A model generated the notes under the pieces. The model saw only the letters and a program-made list of their open reading frames with translations, made no database searches and was not told where the DNA came from. Shown piece by piece: positions 17,353 through 25,662 of a stretch of DNA of 64,000 nucleotides; position 1 is the stretch's first letter, and every line of letters starts with the position of its first letter. Where the stretch lies: NCBI GenBank assembly GCA_028281385.1, contig JANQJY010000004.1:8141-72140 (forward strand), given 5' to 3'. The stretch comes from Rickettsiales bacterium. Its GTDB lineage: Bacteria; Pseudomonadota; Alphaproteobacteria; Rickettsiales; UBA3002. Both the position numbers and the translations under genes were made by a program.

Positions 17353-18348
17353 ATGACGACGAATTGGGCAGATTCGGTGAGGGGAGAGAAATCTTCCAAA
17401 GTCAAACAGACGGATTTTATCAGCAACGATCAATTGAAGGCATTGATAAAAGAAATTAAGTGTTTAGGAAAAGAGGCTCAACAATGGAGAAATGAACCGG
17501 AGAACCTTACTACAGAAGGTAAATTATTTCATGAGATGAAACGGGAAAAAAGCCCTTTAAATGGAGAATGGCGCGAATCTCCGGTAACACAAAAAGATAA
17601 AGAAGTACATGAAAAGCTCAGTGCATTTTTGCAGGCGCTGACTCCCAATATTCCAATTGTCAGTGAAGAGGAAGAGGATGAAAATAAAAATCGTCAACTG
17701 CATCAAAATCCTACTTATTGGGTCATGGATCCGATTGACGGTACCAGTAACTTTATTAGCGACAAGAAGCAATATGGTGTGTTGCTGGGGTTGGTGCATG
17801 ATGGCCGTCCGATTATGGGCATCACCTATTATCCCGAATATGACATGTTATGTTACACTAAAGGTGGTAAAGCCTTCAGAGAAAAAGACGGAAACACAGA
17901 AGAGTTACATATTGGTGAACCATTTCGGTGTGATAGCAGCGAAGGACCGCAGGTGCTGCGCATTACCCCTCGTGTTAAAAAAGCAAAAGCACAACCTGCT
18001 GCGTTAACAAAAAGAAAAATTGACACAGAATCTTTGAGGCCTGAAGCGATAGACTATGAGGATTATCCGGACGAAATGATTTTGCTGGATGGCAAGGCGC
18101 AACTGGGTAGCATTAATAATGGCGGGTATGAATGGGATATCGCGGGGAGACAAGCGATTTTTGAAGCAGCAGGCGGGCTGTTTGTCGATAAGAAAACGGG
18201 ATGGGCTCCCCAGTTTGGCCGTTCTAATCCGCGAGGAGATCTATTTGTAGACCCCATGTGGACGGGGCATCCCAAGACGCTTGAAGCGCTGAAATTATTG
18301 CAGGAAACGGAAAGAACACACAGTGCGGGTGGTCGTTCTCACACATAA
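17353..18348 (+). CDS. inositol monophosphatase / CysQ-family phosphatase with ~100-aa N-terminal extension
   Basis: Metal-binding motifs PIVSEEEE, WVMDPIDGTSNFI and WDIAGRQAIFEAAGG are in the canonical order for the IMPase superfamily. Confidence 0.75.
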   Translation: MTTNWADSVRGEKSSKVKQTDFISNDQLKALIKEIKCLGKEAQQWRNEPENLTTEGKLFHEMKREKSPLNGEWRESPVTQKDKEVHEKLSAFLQALTPNIPIVSEEEEDENKNRQLHQNPTYWVMDPIDGTSNFISDKKQYGVLLGLVHDGRPIMGITYYPEYDMLCYTKGGKAFREKDGNTEELHIGEPFRCDSSEGPQVLRITPRVKKAKAQPAALTKRKIDTESLRPEAIDYEDYPDEMILLDGKAQLGSINNGGYEWDIAGRQAIFEAAGGLFVDKKTGWAPQFGRSNPRGDLFVDPMWTGHPKTLEALKLLQETERTHSAGGRSHT

Positions 18349-18399
18349 TCTGCTTGCAAAGCTGCGTCAGTCTCGTTAATTCATTCGCATACCATCTGT

Positions 18400-18475
18400 G
18401 GGGCATTAGCTCAGTTGGTAGAGCGCTACAATGGCATTGTAGAGGTCAGCGGTTCGACTCCGCTATGCTCCACCA
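18400..18475 (+). tRNA. tRNA-Ala (anticodon GGC)
   Basis: GGGGCATTAGCTCAGTTGGTAGAGCGCTACAATGGCATTGTAGAGGTCAGCGGTTCGACTCCGCTATGCTCCACCA folds into a full cloverleaf. G3:U70 alanine identity pair, anticodon loop AUGGCAU, encoded CCA. Confidence 0.95.
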
Positions 18476-18509
18476 TTTCATACCTAAACGGACCACAATA
18501 GAACTGTCT

Positions 18510-19436
18510 TCAGGGAATTTTCTGGTAAGATCTAAGGCTTCTAAACATTTTCAGGGTAATTATACCTTTCCATTCTTGCTTTGCTTGTTCCCACTCACTG
18601 GTAAAACTATTATTCCACGACCAAAACGGTAGCCATGCACCATCCTTTTGTTGTTGTGTGAGTTCATAATCAATTTGTTTTTGGATTTCATCATGTAAAA
18701 CACCTGCCAACGGTGAGTGAGAAAAGGGGGCAAACCATAGGGGTTTCGCACAATAATCTGACCATTTTTGTGTGTCTATCTCCACAACTAGCAAAACAGT
18801 TTTCTTTAGCTTTTCCAGAACTTCCTTACTTAGGTGCTCAGGAAAATGACGTGCTTCTACTAGCCAAAGGTAACATAGGATGTCATGCATCTCCATTTCA
18901 TCAGATAACATATGCAGGCATTCCATCGCCATATCAGTAAAGGTTGCCAATAATATTGGGTCAATCAAGGTATGGTAATGCCAAAAGTGACCAATAATCT
19001 CTGCCCCTGCATTGGCCTGGAATTTTTCTGAATAGGTTAGCCCGTGTTCCGGTTTAAAGTGCCACCAGGGTGCATGAGGGTAATCATTTACTTGTGTTGG
19101 TACATTGTGCCAAGCGTTACGATCAGGATCGTATTGCCGTAATAAATACATTATGGCTTTTCGTACCAGCATATTTTCAGGAGGTGCATTAATTTCACGC
19201 AATACCTGCAAGGCGATGCTCGTAGCCAGAACAGAGCTTGCTGGCAAACGAAAGTCTGGCTCAAGAGCATGCCCAAAACCACCATCATCGTTTTGGAACA
19301 ATGTAAGCTCACCTAAAACAGTATTGGCATCACCACACTCAAAATGATACTCATACAATGCTCTCTCTAAAGGTCGAGCAAAACTGTAAATAAAATTTCT
19401 GGCTTTGGTGATAGAAACTTTTTGCATTTTATTCAT
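18510..19436 (-). CDS. hypothetical protein, possibly alpha/alpha-toroid (prenyltransferase/terpene-cyclase-like repeat) fold
   Basis: Repeated aromatic/DGG motifs: FQNDDGGFGHALEPDF and QQKDGAWLPFWSW. The assignment is tentative. Confidence 0.4.
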   Translation of the reverse strand: MNKMQKVSITKARNFIYSFARPLERALYEYHFECGDANTVLGELTLFQNDDGGFGHALEPDFRLPASSVLATSIALQVLREINAPPENMLVRKAIMYLLRQYDPDRNAWHNVPTQVNDYPHAPWWHFKPEHGLTYSEKFQANAGAEIIGHFWHYHTLIDPILLATFTDMAMECLHMLSDEMEMHDILCYLWLVEARHFPEHLSKEVLEKLKKTVLLVVEIDTQKWSDYCAKPLWFAPFSHSPLAGVLHDEIQKQIDYELTQQQKDGAWLPFWSWNNSFTSEWEQAKQEWKGIITLKMFRSLRSYQKIP

Positions 19437-19578
19437 GCCAATGAAACCCCTTGCTATATGCGTTATTATATGTGACCTCTAAGACGTTACCAAACAAAAA
19501 TCTTTCTATTAAAGTGAGTTGAATGATTGATTAGTAAGGCCAAGCGTTGTAGATCTTCTACAAACTCTTGAGCGGAAA

Positions 19579-19608
19579 GGTTCGAGGTTAGTCCTTTTAG
19601 CTCCACCA
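19579..19608 (+). other. degenerate tRNA 3'-end-like sequence (possible decayed att repeat)
   Basis: GGTTCGAGGTTAGTCCTTTTAGCTCCACCA, compared with the tRNA-Ala 3' end GGTTCGACTCCGCTATGCTCCACCA. Same orientation, 1.1 kb downstream of the intact tRNA. Confidence 0.3.
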
Positions 19609-19677
19609 CTTTGTTCAAACAGTTTTTTAACTGGATTTCATTGGCTTGCGTGTTCGCTAAAAGATGAAATAGTTTCC

Positions 19678-20220
19678 TTAAGATTTTGTTTTGCTTTTTT
19701 TAAGGCTTACTTTTTGTATATGCTCCGGACAAAGAAGCTCTACGGAAATACCTTTCTTTTTAAGTACTTCTTTAAATTTCCACCAGTGATGATCAGAAGC
19801 CGCAGCAATCGGTGGCTTCATGGGGTGAGTGTTTGCAACCGCTACAAATTTTTTATCACTTTTATCAAAACCATTCAATTCTGCGCAATTCGGAAACTCT
19901 GCATAGTTATCATCGGTTTGTGTAATAGTGACTCTATCTTCCAGCGGAAAATGCCACTGATTATCATGAACCCATTTCATGAAAGCATCTCCTAGACCAG
20001 GTTGCCCGCTCATAGACAACTGTTTTCTATACTCGTCAAAAATTTCACCGCCAGCGTCGACAACAAGCTTCAATTCTTCATTTAAAATCTTTTTGATTTT
20101 TTCTGCACAACTCAGAGCGCAATCCACCATATTATCAGGAAGTTCTGCAATATTCGTGGCACTATTTGCTATTTTGGGGACATTTGTGTCCACTACATAT
20201 TTGGCGGTCGCTTTCCTCAT
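19678..20220 (-). CDS. PIN-domain nuclease-like protein
   Basis: N-terminal KYVVDTNVP (first acidic residue on beta1) and later FDKSDKKFVAVANT (D-x-x-D..A-x-A motif typical of PIN). 9-nt gap after the ATPase gene. Confidence 0.55.
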   Translation of the reverse strand: MRKATAKYVVDTNVPKIANSATNIAELPDNMVDCALSCAEKIKKILNEELKLVVDAGGEIFDEYRKQLSMSGQPGLGDAFMKWVHDNQWHFPLEDRVTITQTDDNYAEFPNCAELNGFDKSDKKFVAVANTHPMKPPIAAASDHHWWKFKEVLKKKGISVELLCPEHIQKVSLKKSKTKS

Positions 20221-20228
20221 TGTGAATT

Positions 20229-21602
20229 CTACTTTTTATTCATTTGTGCTTTGCGTTTTTTTAATGCCGCTACAGTTTGGTCTGCAATATCGCCAGCAAC
20301 ATCACCGAAGAAGTTTTCTGGCCAGTTCAAAACATTGCCAAACAGATCAATCTTCAACTCTTCCAGCTTTGGCGGATAAGCCGCAACATTAGCAAAATAT
20401 GCGGATACCTTGTCTTTGGAGACGTTATCTTCAGCAATTCTTTTTTGTAACCTTCTGAGAAAATGCTCGGAATGAGTTTCAACAATGAGTTGGATATTTC
20501 TATTTTCCCCGTACTCTTTAGAATTAATTACATCAATAAATACATCTGCTAAAGCAGCTTGGGCGCTAGGATGTAAGTGTATTTCAGGCTGTTCCATTAT
20601 AATAACAGAATTCTTTGGAGCATAAAAACATTGAACAAGCACTGGCAATACTTGTGATATACCAAAGCCTACGTCCGGCAGATCAACGTAATCTTTGCTA
20701 CCTTTTGTGCGCACTTTTACATCGTATTCATGGCGCCCTTCCGCGATACGTTTGACCTTAAACTCATCGATTAGCCCCATCTCTTTGAGCTTTGAGGCAA
20801 TGATTTCTTCAAACGGTTTGGTTGGTCTTTTGTGGCCTAAACCAATTCTTCTTTTTTTTGCGGCCAACAATGCAGGAATAGTATCTTCGCCAGCATTTCC
20901 CACACTCTCTGGCTCAGTGCCTGTCCATTTGTATAAGCGGGCAGGTTTTTCTCTCATCGGGCCGAGATAAAAGACCGATCTGAATAATTTCTCATGCTGA
21001 AGATTTAATTGTTGAACGAAGTCTGCATTTTGATGATACGCAACAACTTCTTCGGGAAAAGCATAAAACTTATAGGGCGCCTTGAATGGCCAAGCCCTTT
21101 GAAGCTGACGTACTAAACTATATCCGGTAGAATCAACTTTATACTCATGTTTATCTTCGGCACGTTTCATAGTTACGGATATACCTGCAACATCATACTT
21201 AAAATGCTCAACTATAAGTGTGTTTTGATTTTTGGTATCCAAACTAACTTCTGCGTCAAAAGACATATCGTTGCCACTATACGTGGTGCTGGATTTTGTA
21301 TCTTTAAATTTGAGTATAGGCTCGAAATCCCATTGATATTGAAAAGATATTTTATTTTCAGGATCACGATGAAAAACCATTTCCTGAAAAGAACCTAACT
21401 CTACTGCAGAGTTCCCATCCCCAGGAAAAAACACTGCTTTACGCTCAGAGGATAACGCTGTTTGCTTAAGCATCATCAAAAACTGGCCAATACTTGATTT
21501 TCCAGAACTATTCGTGCCAAAGAAAAGCGTTATTGGAGACATTGTGATACTTCCAGTATCGCTCCATCCTTTGAAATTCTTGATGTGTAAATTTTTTAGC
21601 AT
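20229..21602 (-). CDS. ABC/SMC-type AAA ATPase (AAA15-like with DUF3696-like C-terminus)
   Basis: LHIKNFKGW...ITLFFGTNSSGKSS (Walker A), IIMEQPEIHLHP (Walker B/D-loop), VETHSEHFLRRLQ (H-loop). The C-terminal VSAYFAN...LNWPENFF tail resembles DUF3696. Confidence 0.75.
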   Translation of the reverse strand: MLKNLHIKNFKGWSDTGSITMSPITLFFGTNSSGKSSIGQFLMMLKQTALSSERKAVFFPGDGNSAVELGSFQEMVFHRDPENKISFQYQWDFEPILKFKDTKSSTTYSGNDMSFDAEVSLDTKNQNTLIVEHFKYDVAGISVTMKRAEDKHEYKVDSTGYSLVRQLQRAWPFKAPYKFYAFPEEVVAYHQNADFVQQLNLQHEKLFRSVFYLGPMREKPARLYKWTGTEPESVGNAGEDTIPALLAAKKRRIGLGHKRPTKPFEEIIASKLKEMGLIDEFKVKRIAEGRHEYDVKVRTKGSKDYVDLPDVGFGISQVLPVLVQCFYAPKNSVIIMEQPEIHLHPSAQAALADVFIDVINSKEYGENRNIQLIVETHSEHFLRRLQKRIAEDNVSKDKVSAYFANVAAYPPKLEELKIDLFGNVLNWPENFFGDVAGDIADQTVAALKKRKAQMNKK

Positions 21603-21619
21603 ATCGGAAGCTTAGCTGA

Positions 21620-21778
21620 TTAATTTTTTTGTGTCAGCTGTATTATGGACTCAAACTTCCTATTCAAAACCATCTTTGCAATTTGCTCAATAGTCTTCAC
21701 CAATTCAACCTCCTGCTCTTCGGTCAGATCGAAATTATCAATATGTGGGCGGTAAGGTTCAAGGTCGGTTATTTTCAT
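21620..21778 (-). CDS. small hypothetical protein (52 aa) heading the ATPase-PIN operon
   Basis: Own translation: MKITDLEPYRPHIDNFDLTEEQEVELVKTIEQIAKMVLNRKFESIIQLTQKN. Strong AAGGAG lies 7 nt upstream of the ATG. Below the 60-aa cutoff of the ORF track. Confidence 0.45.
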   Translation of the reverse strand: MKITDLEPYRPHIDNFDLTEEQEVELVKTIEQIAKMVLNRKFESIIQLTQKN

Positions 21779-21957
21779 CAGTCAACTCCTTTTTGAACTG
21801 ATTCATGCCTCCTTTCCGAGAACTAGCAAGCCATTTCCTGACTGGCAATCTGCTCAATCGCATTCGCCAATCATGCATTACATTGAGCATCGGTTTACAT
21901 AAGATTGCCGATCCTCCACCATAAAATATTTGCCTGTCAGCGCATAACAACGAGAAA

Positions 21958-22698
21958 TCACTCAATGTCTTTTACCAAATGCCTGAACAGCCCATAGTCC
22001 CAGTGGCGCATGGCCGTGACCAGAGTGGTACCCTCGCGCTGATCAATGGGCAGAGACGCATCGTCACGATTCATATCGCTGAACTCACGTACAAGCCGTT
22101 TGATTTTTCGCTGGAACTCTGCGGCACTGGCTTTTGACAAGGTTGCATTCATTACATGCAGGCAGGCGGTATCTCCATCAAACCCGCTGTTGAAGTATTC
22201 TTTACCGATATGGGTGCGAAAAAATTGTTCGAAAGGGCCGTTCGGATGCCACATGAAATGTTTGTCAATAAGGAGGCGCACGCGATCACCGGGAAGCAGC
22301 TCGATAATTCCGATCTTTTCCAGCTTCAGTAATTTGCGAACACATTGGGTTTTCGTCAGCGTGAAATGCTGCGTGATGTTTTCGACAGTCCAAAAATTAA
22401 AGACACATACCGTGACCAGCAGGAGTTCGAGATCTTCGGTGATTTCGCGCTCCTGCTGAATTGTCAGCTGCGTAATCTGATTACGGTTGGCTTCCATCTG
22501 TTTGACCAGATCGCTGATTTCCATTCCAATCATCTGGCAGATATGATCGAGTCGTTCGAGTGAAAGATTCTCTTCGGCAAAAATACGTTTGATACTGGCT
22601 TCTGATAAGCTCAGAGATTCTGCAACATCGGCATAGGTTTTGCCTTTTGCCTTCAGGCATTGTTTGAGTGCGGAAATTAAGTCAGCGGTTTGAGCCAT
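21958..22698 (-). CDS. XRE-family helix-turn-helix transcriptional regulator with C-terminal sensor-like domain
   Basis: N-terminal TYADVAESLSLSEASIKRIFAEENLSLERLDHICQMIGMEISDL is a Cro/C1-type HTH. Divergent from the PspA-like gene. Confidence 0.75.
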   Translation of the reverse strand: MAQTADLISALKQCLKAKGKTYADVAESLSLSEASIKRIFAEENLSLERLDHICQMIGMEISDLVKQMEANRNQITQLTIQQEREITEDLELLLVTVCVFNFWTVENITQHFTLTKTQCVRKLLKLEKIGIIELLPGDRVRLLIDKHFMWHPNGPFEQFFRTHIGKEYFNSGFDGDTACLHVMNATLSKASAAEFQRKIKRLVREFSDMNRDDASLPIDQREGTTLVTAMRHWDYGLFRHLVKDIE

Positions 22699-22709
22699 AT
22701 ATCCTCAGA

Positions 22710-22728
22710 AGTATCATATGATGATACT
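22710..22728. promoter_or_regulatory. 19-bp perfect palindrome in the XRE/PspA divergent intergenic region (candidate operator)
   Basis: AGTATCAT-ATG-ATGATACT, 12 nt upstream of the XRE gene start codon. Confidence 0.4.
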
Positions 22729-22825
22729 AAATAGATAATATTTGGCAACTATAAGATAAATGGTATCGGAAAATTGTCTCGTTTGGCATGCTGTGACTGA
22801 CAAACCAACCATAAGGAGTCACACC

Positions 22826-23470
22826 ATGAATATACTCACCCGAATTTCGGCGACCATAACCGGTAAGCTGGATGAAGCCGTCTCTCATGTTGAAAATCAC
22901 GATGCGGTGGTAGCAGTAGCCCTGAAAGATACACGTGCTGCCGTTGCAAAAGCATGCGTGCGCCTCGAACAGGTACGCAGAGACGGAACATCCATGCGTC
23001 AGCGCCTCGAACAGCTGCAGCAGAAAGAAACGTTATGGGCACAACGCGCACGTGCGATGGCGAGCGAAGATGAGGCCAAAGCACTGGAATGTGTTGCGCG
23101 TCGTAATCAGTGCCGTGAACAAATCGCTAAACTGAACGAAGCGTTAATCCGCCATGAAGAACTGGAACAAAAGGTCGGAGCAAATGTGACGCGGATGGAA
23201 GAACGCCTGCGTGAAATGAACCATCAGCAGCATCTGATGCGTTCCCGCCAGTCGACAGCGGATGCGATGCGCATCATCAACAGGATCGAGGATCGTTCTT
23301 CCTGTGGAATCGACGCCACCTTTGATCGCTGGGAAATGCTGATCACCGAGACCGAATATGCCAATGGTAATCTGCCGGATATTGATACGCTGGATATGGC
23401 CTTTGTCAGGGAAGAACAGACCGCTGAGTTGAAAGCTGAACTGGATCAACTGCTTCAGGGAAAGGAGTAA
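22826..23470 (+). CDS. PspA/IM30 family protein
   Basis: MNILTRISATITGKLDEAVSHVENHDAVVAVALKDTRAAVAKACVRLEQVRRDG... is a long coiled coil with the PspA/IM30 N-terminal pattern. AAGGAG lies 7 nt upstream of ATG 22826. Confidence 0.75.
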   Translation: MNILTRISATITGKLDEAVSHVENHDAVVAVALKDTRAAVAKACVRLEQVRRDGTSMRQRLEQLQQKETLWAQRARAMASEDEAKALECVARRNQCREQIAKLNEALIRHEELEQKVGANVTRMEERLREMNHQQHLMRSRQSTADAMRIINRIEDRSSCGIDATFDRWEMLITETEYANGNLPDIDTLDMAFVREEQTAELKAELDQLLQGKE

Positions 23471-23473
23471 ATC

Positions 23474-24784
23474 ATGACGAGTATCTGTAGGGAGAATATG
23501 ACAGTGCCCAATGAAGGCATTGTCAATACAATGCGCCAGTTTGCCGGTTTTGCCAGCATCATGCGCATCTGTGGCGCATTAACCATTGTCGCAGCCATGT
23601 CTGCCTTTCTCATGCAGGGATGGCAGGAAGGGGATGATATCAGCCGTTACTATATGCTGCTGATGCAAACAGGCCTTCTGGCAGCCTGTGGTTTTGCGTT
23701 AAGTTTCATCTTCAAGGAAAATAAAGGCGCGCGCGTCTTTTTTGGTCTGGGACTGATTTCGATTACGGTCAATATGACCACGTTCGGCGCACTTATTTTC
23801 TCGACCATGCAGTGGGGAAGCGCATTGGTGGAATATCCTGCCTTTGCACAATGGAAAGCCCTCGGCATGGATCAGTTGTTGCTGGCATTCGCAGCTACGA
23901 TAGTCTGTTGCGGGCCGATAACCGCCTTCAGCCATAAAGTGTTTGCACGGCAATCCGCCACATTATTGTCGGGCATTTTTCTGGCCATGAATCTGCTGCT
24001 TTTATTGCCGGTACGCGAATCATGGGCGGTCGGTCTGGTCGCCATGGCGGCCATAATGATGCCACTCTGGCTATTGCACAAACACATACGTGAAGATATC
24101 GCTTTGCGTACACCGGAAGGTCTGTTCGCCATCGCAAGTCTTCTGGCGCCTGGAGGCATCATCATCTTCCGCAGCCTGTGGCTTTACCCGCTCGATGAAT
24201 TGCTGTCGCTGATTTTATCCGGCACCGCGTATGTTGCACTTCGGTTTGCCATCGTGCAAATGGATGAAACGGTGATGATTCGCCGCATCATGAATGGCCT
24301 GTCGGTTGCGGTTGCGTTTACCGTGGCACTTTCATGTGCATCGATCGCTGCTGACCTGTTACCGGATGAACTGGTGGTGATGGCCTTTACCGTACCGCTT
24401 GGTGCATTGATGCTTGATGTCGCATCGCGCAGTAACACCCCTCAGAACATGATCCAGTTTGCCATTATTATGCTGACCATCGTGCATCTTATTGCTTTGC
24501 GTATCGAACCATCCTTACTCGCCGGATGTGTCGCCATGGTAGCAGGAACAGGCATCATACTGCTTGCGAATTACTACGGTATAGGCTGCGGATTGTATCT
24601 TGGGAGCGCAACGGCTGTGACTGGTGTAGCGGTTCAGCTTATTTATTTCCTGGACACAATAGATTTTTCGAACTGGATTACCCTGTCGATTACCGGTGCA
24701 GGCATCATTGTGTCGGCATCACTCGTCGAGCGCCATGGCGTCTATCTTAGACTTAAACTCAATCAATTTCGTCATCAGGCATGA
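23474..24784 (+). CDS. polytopic inner-membrane protein (about 12 TM), PspA partner
   Basis: 436 aa, almost entirely hydrophobic segments. The start is 3 nt after the PspA-like stop, suggesting translational coupling. Confidence 0.65.
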   Translation: MTSICRENMTVPNEGIVNTMRQFAGFASIMRICGALTIVAAMSAFLMQGWQEGDDISRYYMLLMQTGLLAACGFALSFIFKENKGARVFFGLGLISITVNMTTFGALIFSTMQWGSALVEYPAFAQWKALGMDQLLLAFAATIVCCGPITAFSHKVFARQSATLLSGIFLAMNLLLLLPVRESWAVGLVAMAAIMMPLWLLHKHIREDIALRTPEGLFAIASLLAPGGIIIFRSLWLYPLDELLSLILSGTAYVALRFAIVQMDETVMIRRIMNGLSVAVAFTVALSCASIAADLLPDELVVMAFTVPLGALMLDVASRSNTPQNMIQFAIIMLTIVHLIALRIEPSLLAGCVAMVAGTGIILLANYYGIGCGLYLGSATAVTGVAVQLIYFLDTIDFSNWITLSITGAGIIVSASLVERHGVYLRLKLNQFRHQA

Positions 24785-24808
24785 TCACTGGTTATATTGT
24801 GTGACTGG

Positions 24809-24838
24809 AAAGGCAGGGTTTTCTCTGCCTTTCTTTTT
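24809..24838 (+). terminator. rho-independent terminator
   Basis: AAAGGCAG-GGTTTTCT-CTGCCTTT followed by CTTTTT, 25 nt after the stop of the membrane protein gene. Confidence 0.6.
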
Positions 24839-24909
24839 GGGTTCATAAAAAAGTATCAAGCATTACCCCTATGAATTGCGTTGTCAGGAAATTATGCTAA
24901 AATGCTAGA

Positions 24910-25248
24910 ATGCTCAGCAAATGTCTAAACCGTCTTGTGAGTATTGCATTGGTTGTTACGCTCAGTGCTGGCAGTGTGAATGCATTTGTAATGACATGTT
25001 ATGGAAACAAGGAACCGGCACCGCACACAATCGCCTGTCATGATATGGAAGCGAAACATGAACAGGAGAAAGAGACATGCTGTATCAATACTTTCTGTGC
25101 CAATTGTTTTATCCAGCTTGCCAGTCTGGGAAATAACCTGCCTGCCCATAACGCTCTGGTAAGTGGGTTGTTATTTGGTCACTATTCCGATCACCTTAAG
25201 GGCGGGTTCCCTGAAGGGCTGGAGCGTCCTCCGAAAATCCTTGTCTAG
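24910..25248 (+). CDS. small exported Cys/His-rich protein (DUF2946-like, tentative)
   Basis: Signal peptide ...LSAGSVNA. Cys/His clusters (TIACHDMEAKHEQEKETCCINTFCANC) and a C-terminal ERPPK tail reminiscent of metal-related DUF2946 proteins. Confidence 0.5.
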   Translation: MLSKCLNRLVSIALVVTLSAGSVNAFVMTCYGNKEPAPHTIACHDMEAKHEQEKETCCINTFCANCFIQLASLGNNLPAHNALVSGLLFGHYSDHLKGGFPEGLERPPKILV

Positions 25249-25291
25249 TATCTTTATTATTTATTCAATCAACTAACTAAATGAGGATTCT

Positions 25292-25591
25292 ATGTTTAAA
25301 ACACTTATTCCAGTTATCATGCTGGTGTTTGTCACAGCCTGTGCAAACGTACAGGGTACTTCCGACGCCGGTATGGCGACTCCATGCCAGTGCTGTGAGC
25401 AGTGTGCCTGTTGTCAATCCGGTGATTGTGAGTGCCGGAGTGCTGGGCAATGTTCCTGTTGTGATAGCAGCCATTGCGCATGCTGCAAGAGCGGCACGGG
25501 CAAAATGTGTCACGGCAAAATGAAGGGTATATCTTCCGCAAAGGAAGGTAAGTCCTGCAAGGCCTGTCTTGGAGCTGAAAAGCAACGATGA
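25292..25591 (+). CDS. Cys-rich lipoprotein, metallothionein-like
   Basis: Lipobox VTAC. The mature ~80 residues contain 17 Cys in CC, CxC and CxCC arrays (CQCCEQCACCQSGDCECRSAGQCSCCDSSHCACC). Confidence 0.6.
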   Translation: MFKTLIPVIMLVFVTACANVQGTSDAGMATPCQCCEQCACCQSGDCECRSAGQCSCCDSSHCACCKSGTGKMCHGKMKGISSAKEGKSCKACLGAEKQR

Positions 25592-25662
25592 GCAGGTAAC
25601 GTTAATGCGGGGGATGGTCGGATGTCCGGCCATCCCTTCAGCATTGTTAGAGAGATAAACTA

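Noticed and set aside
21759-21965. 68-aa minus-strand ORF upstream of the ATPase module
   Set aside because: It has no RBS and an odd composition, and it overlaps both the end of the XRE gene and the better-supported 52-aa ORF (strong AAGGAG). It was kept out of the feature list.
22784-22799. TGGCATGCTGTGACTG upstream of the PspA-like gene, which looked like a sigma-54 -24 box (classical psp operons are RpoN-dependent)
   Set aside because: The -12 position reads GACTG, with no GC at the required spacing, so it does not satisfy the -24/-12 consensus.
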